A DNA stretch of 64,000 nt from Octopus bimaculoides (GCF_001194135.2 NC_068990.1:82307673-82371672); one strand, 5' to 3'; positions 1-14,322 are shown, counted from the first letter of the stretch. Notes: generated by a model from the letters alone, not told the origin. Program-made: numbers and translations.

Positions 1-46
<46 letters not shown>

Positions 47-77
47 TATGCATACATACATACTTACACACACACAC

Positions 78-130
<53 letters not shown>

Positions 131-362
131 GGGATTCCACACTAGTTTCGCTCACAAAATTTCAACCGCGACTACAGGAAAAGTTAATTGTCCATTGTGC
201 CGTAGAGCGGGAGGAGGAGACCCATATCAGGTGATTACGCATTGGAACTTCTGAACCTCTCAGCTATGCTCACATCCGCATAACTAAGAACGTAGCTGCT
301 ATTGTTGCTGCTGCTGTTGCTGCTGCTGCTGCTACTGATGATGATGATGATGATGATGATGT
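1..362. repeat. Compound microsatellites (TAGA)n, (CA)n, (GCT)n/(GAT)n; representative of more than 60 such tracts in the window
   Basis: Read directly. Similar TA, CA, GA, TAGA and TATG tracts recur every 0.5-2 kb. Confidence 0.98.
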
Positions 363-1257
363 TAGCTATGGAATATAAACTGATATTCATTTCTTATTAA
401 TAACTTCCTATCTTTAGCAAGAAAAAGGATGGGTAAATCTCTTGAACTTTTGTTTCGGGGACTCACACACTAACGGGTATAAGAGAATTATTCCGTGATC
501 AGAAATGAACACTTCTAAAGACACCCGATAAACGATAGGGGTGGTAAAGTGGGTAAACGATCTACCGTCCAACAACAAGATCAGTCTCACAGGAGACCCG
601 TGGTTAAATATACTCCAGCAATGGACATCATGTCCGTTTTGGTACTTTGGAAGAATAAAATTCAATGAGATATTGAAAGACGGTTACGGTGAAAATTTAG
701 GAGTATTTGACTGCTAATTCTCGCTGACATAAAGGAGCTTACCTTTACCTATCAAGTCGTCACGTTTCTCTCATTAAGTGGAATCGCTTTATACAAGACT
801 TACTTCCGTTTCTGCGATAACTTCTGTTTGTATTTATTGACACGTTGTATGCTTATATACTAATACAAACATATGCACCGACACACATATTCATACACAT
901 CTTCAAATCAACACGCAGGCATTAATTAACAATTCACACAGATTCTAATTAGTAAATTTAATTCATAAGTATTTATTTAACCCGAGGTTATGAACATTTC
1001 TCCCAGATGTTGTGACGTGGGCTTGAGATAAAATGTTATATTGTATCGGAGTAGGAATTTAGTCAATAAAATCGCTCTAGTATTTGACTAGGACACATTC
1101 GTTTCTTGAAGGTTGGAGGGCAAAGTTCAAGTGGCGGTATGTGAAAACGTACCGTTGAACGGTAAGTGAAAGCATACCGTCTGTTTAGTTAGGGACGAGA
1201 TTTTATGTTGCGCTATGCACAGCTTACTTGAATACATATACATACATACATAAATAC

Positions 1258-1337
<80 letters not shown>

Positions 1338-1654
1338 ACTAAATACTGCAAGCTACTTCCTCCGACGCTGTAACGATTCTACCAATCCGCCAGCCTCAAA
1401 AAAGACAGTATACTTTCTGATTTAGGTATTTAGGTATTTAGATCATCAATTTGGAAGGGAAACGATTAGCCGATTACAGTGACCCAAGTCCTTTATTGTT
1501 TAAACTTCGAAAGGATGAAATGCAAGTTTGAATTCAGAATATAAAATCCTAGTACAAATACAACACGTCCTTTTTGCCAACGCTCTGTCTTTTCTGCCAA
1601 TCTGTTGCTTTTCTCATATATTAATGGCTTTTAATTTAGAAAAAAGCCAGAAAT

Positions 1655-1850
1655 TTAAAGGTAAGGGATTAGTCGGTACCATCGAGACCAATATTTGTCT
1701 GGTATTATATTTGATCGACCCCAGATGGATGAAAAGCGAAGCTAACCTCGGCGTGATTTTAACCCAGAAAGTTAAGAGCCAATCAAGTGTCGGAATATAT
1801 AGTGTTGGCATTTACTCGACACTTTAACGATTCTACTAGCTCACCACCGT
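1655..1850 (-). mobile_element. Degenerate SINE family A copy
   Basis: gatcgaccccagatggatgaaaagcgaagctaacctcggcg core; ends aacgattctactagctc. Confidence 0.7.
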
Positions 1851-3139
1851 TACTAATATATTATTAATGAAATAAAAATTATATAGTTTTTTGTTCTTTG
1901 CTTGCAATGTTGGCAATTATTGGCAAAACGACAGCAATTAGCAAATGGACTGCTTGAAAATGCAAGCTAATATTCCAGGAGGACTAATTATCATAAATAT
2001 CTCGTATATTGAACCAGAAGTACTCCGCTGCAAAATTATTTGTAATTATTGAAATTTAGGTTTAAATTAGAAATATTTCATAATGATAACGTCATTACAT
2101 TTCAATGTAGAAATATGCATTTTGTGGCTTGCTCTCTACATCTGAATGAGTGCGTATATGTATATAAGTGTATGCTTTTGTCTTGCTTTTGTGTATACTT
2201 GTATATTTGTTTGTATGTGAATGTTGTGTATATACATGTGAACGCCATTTACGGACGTTTAGTGTGTGTGTGTGTGTGTCTTTGTGTGTGCATATGCAAG
2301 TGTCTATATGATTGTGCATGTCTCGATGTGATTATTTCGATGTATTCTAATGTTTTCCTGTATGAATGTTCATACTCTGTTTCTGTAAGTGTACATTTTT
2401 GCTTTGATGAATAAACGCATCGTAAGGTCGCATATTTCTATACATATGTATGAGTTTGTGAATGTGTATGTGTATGTGTGTGTGCGTGGGTATGTAGCTG
2501 TATGCTTGTATGCGTGTATGTGTGTAAGTCAAGCTGTGATTATGAAATTACCTTTGAACGTCGCACCTAAGGCCACTATGCGTGAGTGTTTATGTGCCAA
2601 GAGGATGATTATAAAATTCCGTATGCATGTTTCTCTTTGTGACTGTACATATATATTTGTACATATTTATAAATGATTGTTTGTACTTAGTGTATCCAAT
2701 GGACTATCAGAGTATGTATAAATATGTATGCGGTGTCGTGTACAGGAAAGAGCATGTGTGTGTGTGTATGTGTGTGTGTGTGTGTGTGTATGTGTATATG
2801 TGTGTATGTGTGTGTGTATTGGCATACTATGCAACTGAGTCAGCGAATGCAATCATAAAATCGGAAACAGCTCTTAAACAACGTGGCTCCAGCTATCGGG
2901 AAAAGCGTGACAAGCAGATTAGGTACAGGTGACCTGCTTGTTCGGCTTGCTCGAAATAGCAGCCAAATAATTATTAAACACCAGTGAACATATCTCAAAA
3001 TACGACGCGTTAGAGATCATATTTTCGAGTATATTATTTTAGAAAATAATGAAAAAGAGGTGATTGTCACAGCTGGAAGGCCTTTGAGGAGAAGTTTTCT
3101 CACGTGAGCCGAATTGGAGTTAAACAATATCAATGCAGT

Positions 3140-3728
3140 GAGTTAATTCTTGACGCAATCAGGGAGATCTTGTGCAACTGAAATCCGAATGTTGTTTTGG
3201 TCAGCAGAAAGCCTTTTTGGCACAAAATTGGCAGACACGCATCTCATACTCAAATCTTCAGTGATAATGGACTGAACTGAACCGTAACTAACCTGCACAT
3301 CCTCTGATAATTCACAGATGATGATTTGATGATTTCGCTTCGTAACTGCTGTACGCACATCTGTGATATTTTTCTCAGTTCTGTTGGTTGCGGGTCTCCC
3401 AGAACGTTCGTCAATATCGACATTTTTTCTGTTATCTTGGAAACATCTGAACCACTCGCACACTTGTGTGCCGCTCATACATTCCTTTCCATACACTTCC
3501 TGCAACTTTGCGTAGACCTCTGAGCTGGTATCGCCATGACAACTTTCTCGGTCATGGTGAATACGACAATCACACGCTACGCACTTTTCTTCTAAGCACT
3601 GCTGTAAATAGCGGAAGTAAGCTAGAACGTTAAAACTTACTGCGCTTGCTCAGCAGTGTTCAATATTAGTCTTTGCCGAGCTTCGTTAGTATGGCAACAG
3701 TCCTGATACTTATTAATTAGACCTCGAA
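3140..3728 (-). mobile_element. Mariner DNA transposon remnant (5' TIR plus N-terminal HTH part of transposase, truncated before the catalytic domain)
   Basis: ORF 3143-3505 carries mariner motifs (QEVYGKECMSGTQVCEWFRCF, DERSGRP, ELSEDVQVSYGSVQSIITEDL, VSANFVPKRLSADQ). TIR-like end (minus strand ttcgaggtctaattaataagtatcaggactg) at about 3699-3728. Confidence 0.9.
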
Positions 3729-3805
3729 TATATGTGTAAGATATTTTTAAGCCATTCGGGAACACACAAAAACCGTTAGTTAACTTCAACATTTAGTATT
3801 TTTAT

Positions 3806-3858
3806 TTGTGTCAAAATATTTTCGTCGCTTTGAAATCGCGACCTGTTCATTGACAAAA
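3806..3858 (-). ncRNA. Type I hammerhead-like motif with a variant core (PLE pseudo-LTR type)
   Basis: Minus strand: UGUCA | AUGAACA G | GUCGC-gauuucaaa-GCGAC | GAA | AAUAUU | U | UGACA. This gives a perfect 5-bp helix I, a perfect 5-bp helix II and a palindromic helix III in canonical order. The core differs from CUGANGA at positions 3 and 8 and has one extra G. Confidence 0.5.
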
Positions 3859-3960
3859 CTTGGCGCTGCGTCTGAGAGAGTAACAATTAGTCCATGATAT
3901 GTATGTGTTCATGTATGTGTGTATGTATGTATGTATGTATGTATGTATTATGTATATATA

Positions 3961-3996
<36 letters not shown>

Positions 3997-4264
3997 TGTA
4001 TGTATGTACGTATGTATGTATGCATGTACGTATATGTGTACGTGCACACGCATGCATATATATATATATATGCATGTACGCATGTATGTATGTACGTATG
4101 TATGTATGTGAGCATTTACTTATGTGTGCAGACGTGTTTGCGTGTGTGTATATGTGTATGTATATGTAAATGTATGTTTATGTAGTGATATGTGTGTCTG
4201 TTCAAGTTGTATATATATAACTGTTACTCCGTCGAAGGTTGTATATATATGTTCCTTTCACCAC

Positions 4265-4299
<35 letters not shown>

Positions 4300-4309
4300 A
4301 CACACACAT

Positions 4310-4342
<33 letters not shown>

Positions 4343-7300
4343 AATCTATGTACACTCATGCAACAATATATAATTACATATATATATTAGTACCATGTAT
4401 CTCAACATGTATGTATGAATGTCTTCATGTAAACGAGAAAAAGGGATGATTATAGATGGGTACTCGCGAGTGGAATCTGGGTGTTACTCCATTCGGATTT
4501 ACGGTTGAGCGTGGGTTTCTACTCCTGTATACAGACAGCTTCGCTGACTTGTCTCAGCATTGCATCAGTGGTATGTGTAGATAAGATATCTAACCTATGT
4601 CTTGTGGCAGAGTACAGCATGCTGATAGAAGATGGAGTTCGAGCAATATATTTAATTATATACAATTTTTTCGTGCACACACACACACACACACAGAGTG
4701 ATATATGTAATTAGAAACAATTCTTTTGTGCACACACACATATATAGATATGTATATATACACACACATGATAGATACATATAGGCATATGTGCGTGTGT
4801 GTGTATGTACGTGTGTGTGTGTGTGTGTGTGTGAATGGTTTAGATGTTAAGTAGTTCATCCGGAACAATTAGCTCCCAAGTTTCATCCTATTGTATACCT
4901 TCAAGGGCAAGATTCGGGTTCACCTAAAAGTTTTGAGTGGAATTGGTGACACAGATACTGTGTAGACTCATGTCAGACGGGGGTCTGCCTAGAATTCAAA
5001 AGTCGAGCCTTATCACACAGTTAATCTGACCCGATCTAGGAATTATGTTACGGGTGCATGTCCCGCGGCCGCTTCATATATTTATTCAACGAGTAGGCCG
5101 TCGAAATCGTGTCTCCATCACACATACGTATTCACCTGTGTGCACATGCGCGTGTGCTTATGTTTATGTTTGTATAACCAACCATTTTATGTAAAAACTT
5201 TCCTCCATTACTACTCTGCTTCTTTGTTCATTGCTTCTTCAAACGAATGAATATGCGTGTATGAATATTTATCTGTACAGGAGATAGGTTTGTGTGTGGT
5301 GGTGGTGTTGTGTGTGTGTAGGGAAATGGCATGCATTTGTGTATGTTTGTGTGCATGTTTTATTTATATGTGTGCGTACATGTGTATGTATGAATGTAAA
5401 TTATATTTAGAAATGTATTGTCAGCCCTGCTTTAAATGATGTTTTAAAGCTTCTGCGAATTTTTAACTTAGTTGGGTTCCATTCCCAAGCGTGTTCAGCA
5501 CAATCAAAATCATTCATGCTATTTCGAGCATAATGTTCTCATTGAAGAACCTTCTAGAATATAAAATCTCATTATGTATACAATAAAATATCTGTACAGA
5601 GGAATATTTTTCCAGCCATGTTCTAAAATAATATTGACTATAAAATAATATAAACTGTCAACGAAAATCAGGCGTACGTATATGAACCGCTCGTTTAACA
5701 ATTGTCACACTCACACTAAGTCAAACTTGTTTGTCTCTGTTGCTGTCTCTTTACGTGGACACTTGACCCGCTATGAATCTGTTCTATATTACTTCTATAT
5801 TATACCTTACAGTCTTAAAAATGGGAAGTCTAATGGTTGAGTTAGTTCTAGGAGTTCTATGTCTGAAAATCCAGATTGACACGACTCAGATGCCTCTAAA
5901 CATATATCTGCTTATTCAGGACTGGTCTGCAATTGAGTCACAACAACAACAGCGATATGTGTTTGTAGGCATGTAGGAGTAGACTGGAAAATGAGGGGGC
6001 TAGAGAACGTCCAGACTATATTGCTGCATCTCGTGAAATTAAGTACTATGTGTTGGAATGAGTTGAATAGTTGCTAGCAGAGAAGAGCTATGGTGTATCT
6101 GGAAGAATAAGATCTGCAGATTACACCTAGGTGTTCATTCAGTTAAAATTAGTACATAACAATGCTGACTTGGGATGGTACATCAATGATGACGTCGATA
6201 ACAAGAGCAACAGCAATTATAACAAAAGCAGCAGCAACAAGAGTGGTCAAATACACTATGGTGGTTTTAGGTGGCACACATGTCCACTCCGCACCATATG
6301 ATTAACCATTGGCTATTGTAAAGTATTATATTCAGTCAGACAAAGTAGAGCATGTCTTCGTACGATAGGTTTGAGACTAAACAACAAGCAAAATCATAAT
6401 GTTTGTACGTGAATTGTTCATCTCGTATCTTAATTAGCAATTTCTCTTGAAATATCGTTTAATTTTCTTAATCTTTGAGTTGCTTATTATTTTCCCCTAC
6501 ATATTTGTAACTGAAAAACTCTCTGCTTCTCTTCTCTCCCTCTTTGACACTCGCTCTCAATCAGGCACGCATAAACACGCATGCACACACATACACATAT
6601 ACACACACACGTACACACATAGAAGTGGAGGTGATTACATTTCTAGTTTTTTTGTTGCCTTTTAATCAGGAGCAAAGGCAGTGATCATGACTCTCACAAG
6701 GTCTCCAAGATATGGAACAAAGGAGCGAGATATCCTCAAACAGGAGACTTAGTCTAAATGCATGCAACAAAGTGAACTCAGCTAAAGATACCTCAAATGC
6801 CAGCTGATGGTATAAAACCGAGCGATGTATTAAGTCGTGCGTTTTTTAAGCACGTACATTTTATAACTTGTCAGTTATAAAAATTCCAACATTCCATTAT
6901 TATTTCAATAAATAGTTTGATAATATTTCCCGTGTCTCTTCGCATTTACTAAATTTAAGGATCGTTGTATATTTCGTCTCTCTCGGAATCATTTCAATTT
7001 TAGTGAGCCATGTCGCCAATCGCATGGCACAAAAATACATTTTTTCAATATAATTGCTAAACATTTATCCATATAATTACTTTACCAGCTCATTTCCTTA
7101 AGTTAATTTTTAAGCTCTGCTTTTAATGTTGATTTAGAAAATGCGAGTTGTCTAAGCAAAACTATTTGCATAGCAAATTGAAATTATTTGTGTTTTTTAT
7201 ATTTCGGCTATTTCCGATATTCACCGACGTCTATGCTGTGGTGTATACAAAAGAAAAACAAAACATTACCGAACTACTTTGCATCCTTGCTGACGGCGGT

Positions 7301-7362
7301 ATCATGTGATCTGAAGCTTTTCTATGTGCACCTTGCTATCTGACTACCTGAAATAAATTTGT

Positions 7363-7454
<92 letters not shown>

Positions 7455-8055
7455 NNNNNNNNNNNNNNNNNNNNNNNNNNNNNNNNNNNNNNNNNNNNNN
7501 NNNNNNNNNNNNNNNNNNNNNNNNNNNNNNNNNNNNNNNNNNNNNNNNNNNNNNNNNNNNNNNNNNNNNNNNNNNNNNNNNNNNNNNNNNNNNNNNNNNN
7601 NNNNNNNNNNNNNNNNNNNNNNNNNNNNNNNNNNNNNNNNNNNNNNNNNNNNNNNNNNNNNNNNNNNNNNNNNNNNNNNNNNNNNNNNNNNNNNNNNNNN
7701 NNNNNNNNNNNNNNNNNNNNNNNNNNNNNNNNNNNNNNNNNNNNNNNNNNNNNNNNNNNNNNNNNNNNNNNNNNNNNNNNNNNNNNNNNNNNNNNNNNNN
7801 NNNNNNNNNNNNNNNNNNNNNNNNNNNNNNNNNNNNNNNNNNNNNNNNNNNNNNNNNNNNNNNNNNNNNNNNNNNNNNNNNNNNNNNNNNNNNNNNNNNN
7901 NNNNNNNNNNNNNNNNNNNNNNNNNNNNNNNNNNNNNNNNNNNNNNNNNNNNNNNNNNNNNNNNNNNNNNNNNNNNNNNNNNNNNNNNNNNNNNNNNNNN
8001 NNNNNNNNNNNNNNNNNNNNNNNNNNNNNNNNNNNNNNNNNNNNNNNNNNNNNNN

Positions 8056-8362
8056 CGGGCCGACCAAAGCTTTGTGAGTGGATTTGGTAGACGGAAACTG
8101 AAAGAAGCCTGTCGTATATATGTATATGTATATGTATGTGTGTGTATATGTTTGTATGTCTGTGTTCGTCCCCCCCAACATCGCTTGACAGCCGATGCTG
8201 GTGTGTTTATGTCCCCGCAACTTAGCGGTTCGGCAAAAGTGACCGATAGAATAAGTACTAGGCTTCCAAAGAATAAGTCTTCGGGTCGATTTGCTCGACT
8301 AAAGGCGGTGCTCCAGCATGGCCGCAGTCAAATGACTGAAACAAGTAAAAGAGTAAAAGAGT
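8056..8362 (+). mobile_element. SINE family B copy, 5' end lost in the gap
   Basis: Colinear, high-identity match to the reverse complement of about 56579-56890. A short 3' relic also lies at about 26490-26560. Confidence 0.92.
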
Positions 8363-8822
8363 ATATATATATATATATATATATACATATACATACATGC
8401 ATACATACATATACATATATGTGTACGAATTATGCATCGATGTATTCGTTTGCATACACATGTGTATAAATACACCCATATCTATGAGAAGCCTCTGTGT
8501 GCGTGTGCGTGTGCGTGTGTGCGTTTGGGGGGAGGGGTGTTTACGTGTGCGTATCGTATCAAATAGGAATGAGAAAAAAAAAAAAAAACTTTGTCGTAGG
8601 CATTATGGAAACATAACATCTAACAGAAATTCAGAATTCGTCAATCGTCAAAGTTTCTATTACTGATCAAAGAACATTGTAATAAGACTGATGGTGCGTT
8701 GGCATGTCTTTAACTATTACAACCGCAATGTGTCCATATAGAAAATGGCGCTAGGCTGGAAACCAATAAATATAGAGTTAAGGTAAAAAAAAAAAGAAAG
8801 CATAATTGAACAGCGGTGAGGC

Positions 8823-8823
<1 letters not shown>

Positions 8824-8908
<85 letters not shown>

Positions 8909-9141
8909 CATTATTATTATTATTAATATTATTATTATTATTACTATTATTATTATTATTATTTTATTGTTTAATTTTTTTTTTTTGAAATATCTTAAGT
9001 TTAGTCACTTTGATCTCCTTTGAAATGTTAAAATAATGTATGAATGAATACTTGTGGGCGCGTATCCGTGAATGTCGGTTTGTGTGTGTATGTGTGTGTT
9101 TTCGCACGTGTGTGAATGTGTGTGTTTTCGCACGTGTGTGA

Positions 9142-9176
<35 letters not shown>

Positions 9177-9307
9177 ATTTTGTGCGTTTATTGTGGGTAT
9201 GTGTGTCTGAGTATATATGCTCTATGTATGCGTCTACGTATATCTGTGTGTATATGAGGTTATGTGCATGAGTGAAAACCCTGGCACTGTGAGTTGGAGA
9301 GTCAGTG

Positions 9308-9348
<41 letters not shown>

Positions 9349-9356
9349 AATAGAGA

Positions 9357-9392
<36 letters not shown>

Positions 9393-9540
9393 GAGAAGGA
9401 GAGAGAGATAGGAGGGATGGTGTGAAAGAGAGACAGTGAGACAGCGAAAGTGAAATAGACAGAGAGATAAAGTACGAAATAATAGGGAATGCAACACATT
9501 TATAGCTAAATATTTCATGATGCAATAATAATAATCATAC

Positions 9541-9584
<44 letters not shown>

Positions 9585-9704
9585 TTAACAACAACAACAA
9601 TAATAACTACGACAACAACAACGATAATAATAATTGTCATTATGATAATAATTACATTTGATATAATTTTTAATAATGATAATAATGCGTTAATAATACT
9701 AACA

Positions 9705-9760
<56 letters not shown>

Positions 9761-9850
9761 TATTATTATTATTATGACCATTGTTATTGTTATTATTATT
9801 ATTATTATGATCATTGTTATTATTATCATCATTATTATTATTATTTTGAA
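8824..9850. repeat. Large trinucleotide/dinucleotide microsatellite complex: (TTA)n, (TG)n, (GA)n, (TAA)n then (TTA)n
   Basis: Read directly; explains the poly-I/L/S ORFs in the track. Confidence 0.95.
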
Positions 9851-10749
9851 TTTAAGCAATTTTATTTGAAATTGTAATATATATGCACCTATACATTGTG
9901 TGTGTGTGAGAGAGAGAGAGAGAGTGTGTGTGTAATATATAATTGTGTAAAAAAAACACCTTTATTTTTTCATTGAAACATTTCAATTAATCAAACAACT
10001 CAATTTTCTCTCAAAACAGGAACATTTTGTCAAATCGTGAAATTTATTGATTTATTGATATTTTAATGATTGGATGCTATTGGTTTTCTTCATCTCTTTA
10101 TTTATTTATAAAATTTCATTTTATTGTTTTTTATTGTAGTTTTTTTCTTTTTTGGTTCTAGCGATGGTTTGATTCCTGTTATATGATTGATGTAAATAAA
10201 ACGATTTATTTCATTGAAATATAGTCAAATTACAAGTTGCAATGATACGTAAGAGATTGTAGAGAGACTTTTATTTTTCTATTAAATTTAGTTGGTCGAA
10301 ATGGAAAGTGCATATCGCCTTAACAGGACCTGTCAGGTCGTTGAGATTAATGAGGTTGTCGAGTTTGTTGTTCAGTTTGAGATGAAAGCCTTTGTAGAAA
10401 GCTTTATAGAAGCAGTTCCACTTTCAATGAAGAACAGATTAATCGAAGTGTTTAGTGTGAATTTTGGCTGCTGAGACACAGAACGGGTGTCGAGTTGAGA
10501 AGAAACAGGTATATGAGTGGGTGAACCTGAGACTGCATTTAAAGTACCGGTTATTTTTGAATAAATATTGTGTACAACGCTTCGTTGTTTTTAATAGTGC
10601 CCATATTCTGATAAAACAAAGTTATGTTGAAACTGAAGAGAGATTTTAAGGACTTTGATTCTAGGCATGAAATATGTAAAGGGCAAATAACAACTATATC
10701 TGTGATACTGTTGATGGGTGATGATGATTATGTGTTTTCCATAGAAATA

Positions 10750-10785
<36 letters not shown>

Positions 10786-13700
10786 CGCGCGCGCTTCTAA
10801 CATGGTAGAATACCCTCCATGAAAATATAAATAAAATGTGGGACGAATTAATGGTCAATAAATCTCTCCTGGTTTCTTTTGTTTCATATTCTAGTTAGGA
10901 TAGAAAACATTTCTCTGACCCTTATAGGGCCAAAGGAATGTTTTCCATCCTAACTAGAATTAGTGGAGTTCTATAGTGTGAATGTGTTTACAACAGTGTG
11001 TATTTCATAAAACGCAGCTCTGTCACCATGTGGTGATGTTAAATCAGTGACGGATTAAGTCTACCGCCCAAGGATATAGGGAACAGGAACAAATGCTGCA
11101 AAGCATCCAGTTCGACATCCTTAGAGTTCTGCTAATCCGTTGCCCTATTTTGGTCGATACTAAGAGGATAGATGATAAAGTTGACCATGGCTGTATTTGA
11201 ACCATGAGCAGAAAGAGCTGTAACAAATAACACAAGCACTTTAACAATTGTGCCAACGTACCACTTAACTAAAGTCTTATGAAACAGTCATCGAATAGTG
11301 TCGGATTCTTATTTTTAAATAATTCCTATCTAGAATTCCCCAAATGAGTTGTTTTTGTTGATTTGGTGCCGATATGTTTTATCTGAGTCTGATGCCAGCT
11401 GCAGATATTGTTAGATTTATTATTCTATCATACCAATAATCTATCATACAAATCAATCTTTCTAATATTTAGACATTTCCCATTGACTTTCAACAATACA
11501 ATTTTGTTTCCAAGTAAGAATTGTTATGTTTTGCCAGTAATCTCTTGACGAAACAGAAACATTATTTTGTCAACTGTTAACTTTTAATAATTTATTTTCC
11601 AAGTAAAAGTTGGTAGAGTTGTAATATTAGTAACAAGAAGAATTATCATATTAGAAAATACTTTACCGACTGTTCACTGTAATAATTCCCCATTTATAAA
11701 AATTAATTAATATGAGGACTTGAATTAGGAAATTTAACAGAAAGAGTACTCTGTTTCTCCACCTTATTGTTTTTGTTGTTTGGTCCCAAGTCACCCTGAA
11801 TAAGCAAACCTATGATCACAGTAGTTCAAGCCTTTCTCACTCTGTCTTTATATATTTACCAGACTGTATTGCGTAATGTAACCTTCCATTTTTAAGACGG
11901 TAGGAGGATATGGTTTGAGATGTAGGACATGCAACACCTATAGCTTCACTCATTGTTTCATTATATCTTTTGATAACCAGCAATACATAATATAACAGCT
12001 TTCAGCATTATTACGAAATGCATTAAGCGCTGAACACCGCTAATTTCTTTGCGAATTTTCATTCATCAGCACATGTCTTACTAGAATTTAAATCTTTGTA
12101 AGCCTTTTTTTTTTTTTTATCACAGAAGTTGGTCTCAGAAATTTCTAATAAACAGTTCTTTTTCAAAGATCTTTTAAATGCGGAACACAAATCTTTAACG
12201 TTTGATTGCTTGGGTTTTAGTTTCCATAACCGGAACGAATCAAGTAGAATATATATATATGTATATATATATATATTTTTTTTTTGAGTAAATTCAACAT
12301 CTTTCAACCAAAATGGTTCTGCAACACGAATAATAAATATTCCAATAAAGGATAACAAATGTTATATCTTTAGCATTCTAATATCGAGGCCCAAATATAT
12401 TATATACGGAGAATCGAGAAGTATGTACAAATCAAAAATAAAATAGACAGCTATAATTATTTTAACTTAGAAATGAACTAATGCTAGTATTTTGCATTAA
12501 CCCCATATCAGATTCCGGATTGCATGGTAGAATTTATTCTTTTGAATAGATTAGTAACATACTTAATATTAAAAATCTATGGTGAGGACAAGACACATTG
12601 GTACAAAGATGACTATTATTTTAACAATTTCAGCAGGTACAGGCGACAACTTCGTTCATGTTTTACTGTAATGATGAGAAAATCATTAAGTATATGAACA
12701 TGAGTAGGCGTGAAATATTAGGAAAGAAATGTTGATATATGTCCGTATATGTTTACAAGTAGCTATCAGGAGCACAGGTGTGACACGCATGGTGTTTTGG
12801 GCAATTAGACATGGCAAGGTTCCTGTTTCTCCAGGTTTTACTACTGTCGAGTTCTTTGACACGAGAGAAAAACAGAAGACAATCAGCATGGCCGCATCTC
12901 CCGAGCTGAAATGAACAAAAAAATGTAAAAGCAGAAAAATAAAAGCAAGAGAGACAAAACGACTCTTGTACAGTGCTGATACTTTATATAAATAATTAGG
13001 GAGGTTAAATACTCAGAAGTGATAGACAGTTAAACATAAACGATAGATTATTAGCATATTTAAGAAACATCAGCAATGAAATTTTCGCATTAGAAATACT
13101 TATGCAGTAAGGAGAATACAACACTACATAAGTTAGAATCGCCTAGTAATTATTTCAACTATTCCGCAAGGATTTGAACTGAGAATTCTACCGTAAATAA
13201 TTTATGAGTTACGATATTTATCTTTAAATCTGCATAGATATTAGTGAAATATGACCTAAGGTCAAAAATATTCTGAAAAAGTTTCTTGTTTCCCATCTGT
13301 CCACCTGTCAAACTGTCAGAATCTTGCTGTTAGTCTGACGGATTGTTGCTATGAGCCTGTCAGTTTATTATTCACCACGAGAGTTTGTATCACTTTCTTC
13401 TAATGATGTCTGTCGCTTTTATCTGCCTCCAGCTTCTTGTCTAATTATCAGTACACACATACATACATACATGTATGCCTGTGTATATGTATTCGTGTGT
13501 GTGTCTCTATATGTATATGTAAGTGTGGGCACTCAGGCACACATACACATAAATAACTTAGTACATTAAATTAGTGCTTAAACACACTAAAAATGTCTCC
13601 ACCGAGTTTAAGAACTCAACTTTTTATCATGTCGTTAAACTCAAATATGCCATTACTTCAATGCAATATCCACAATGGAAATGAGTTTACTAAAAGATGA

Positions 13701-13963
13701 ACTGGCTAATGTTCAGAGCAAAATATTTAGAAGACTATAAACCACTGATATTGCAAAATTTCGATAGTTACTTCCACAATTAAAATACAAGCATCCTCAT
13801 ATACACAGTCATTGCCAATTAATATGGAAAAAGCATAATTAACTTGAATAGAATAGACAAATCATTTCACCAGGAAGTAAAACTGAAATATATTTCAGTT
13901 TCATTTCGTGATGAAACGGTTTAGTCCTCGCATTTATATATATATATATATATNNNNNNNNNN

Positions 13964-14065
<102 letters not shown>

Positions 14066-14179
14066 CACATATATATACACACACATATATATACACACAC
14101 ATATATACATATATGTATTGTATATATATATCATATATACACATATATATAATATGATATGTATAGCCCGGATTTGAAC

Positions 14180-14278
14180 CCGATTGTTGTGCTGACATAG
14201 GAAATGCATGGTGACCCTGGCCGTGTGGAAGGGAACATTGTCCTGCTGGAACACGTGGTTATGGTGACGTGCGGCGAA
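14180..14278 (-). mobile_element. Short Tc1-like transposase fragment
   Basis: Minus-strand FQQDNVPFHTARVTMHFLCQHNN matches the Tc1 DD34E second-Asp motif FQQDNA(R/P)xHTA. Confidence 0.7.
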
Positions 14279-14288
14279 GTATGCATGT

Positions 14289-14322
<34 letters not shown>

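Noticed and set aside
414-720. 83-aa minus ORF and overlapping plus-strand open stretch
   Set aside because: No recognisable domain or consistent splice pair.
12053-12069. Minus-strand CTGATGA-AT-GAAAATTC, superficially a minimal hammerhead
   Set aside because: No helix I partner and no helix II. It shows that such short matches occur by chance here, so the similar motif at 19958 was down-weighted.
13870-13930. Hairpin gtttcat/atgaaac next to GAAATATATT palindrome (minus strand)
   Set aside because: No recognisable CUGANGA-type core or helix I.
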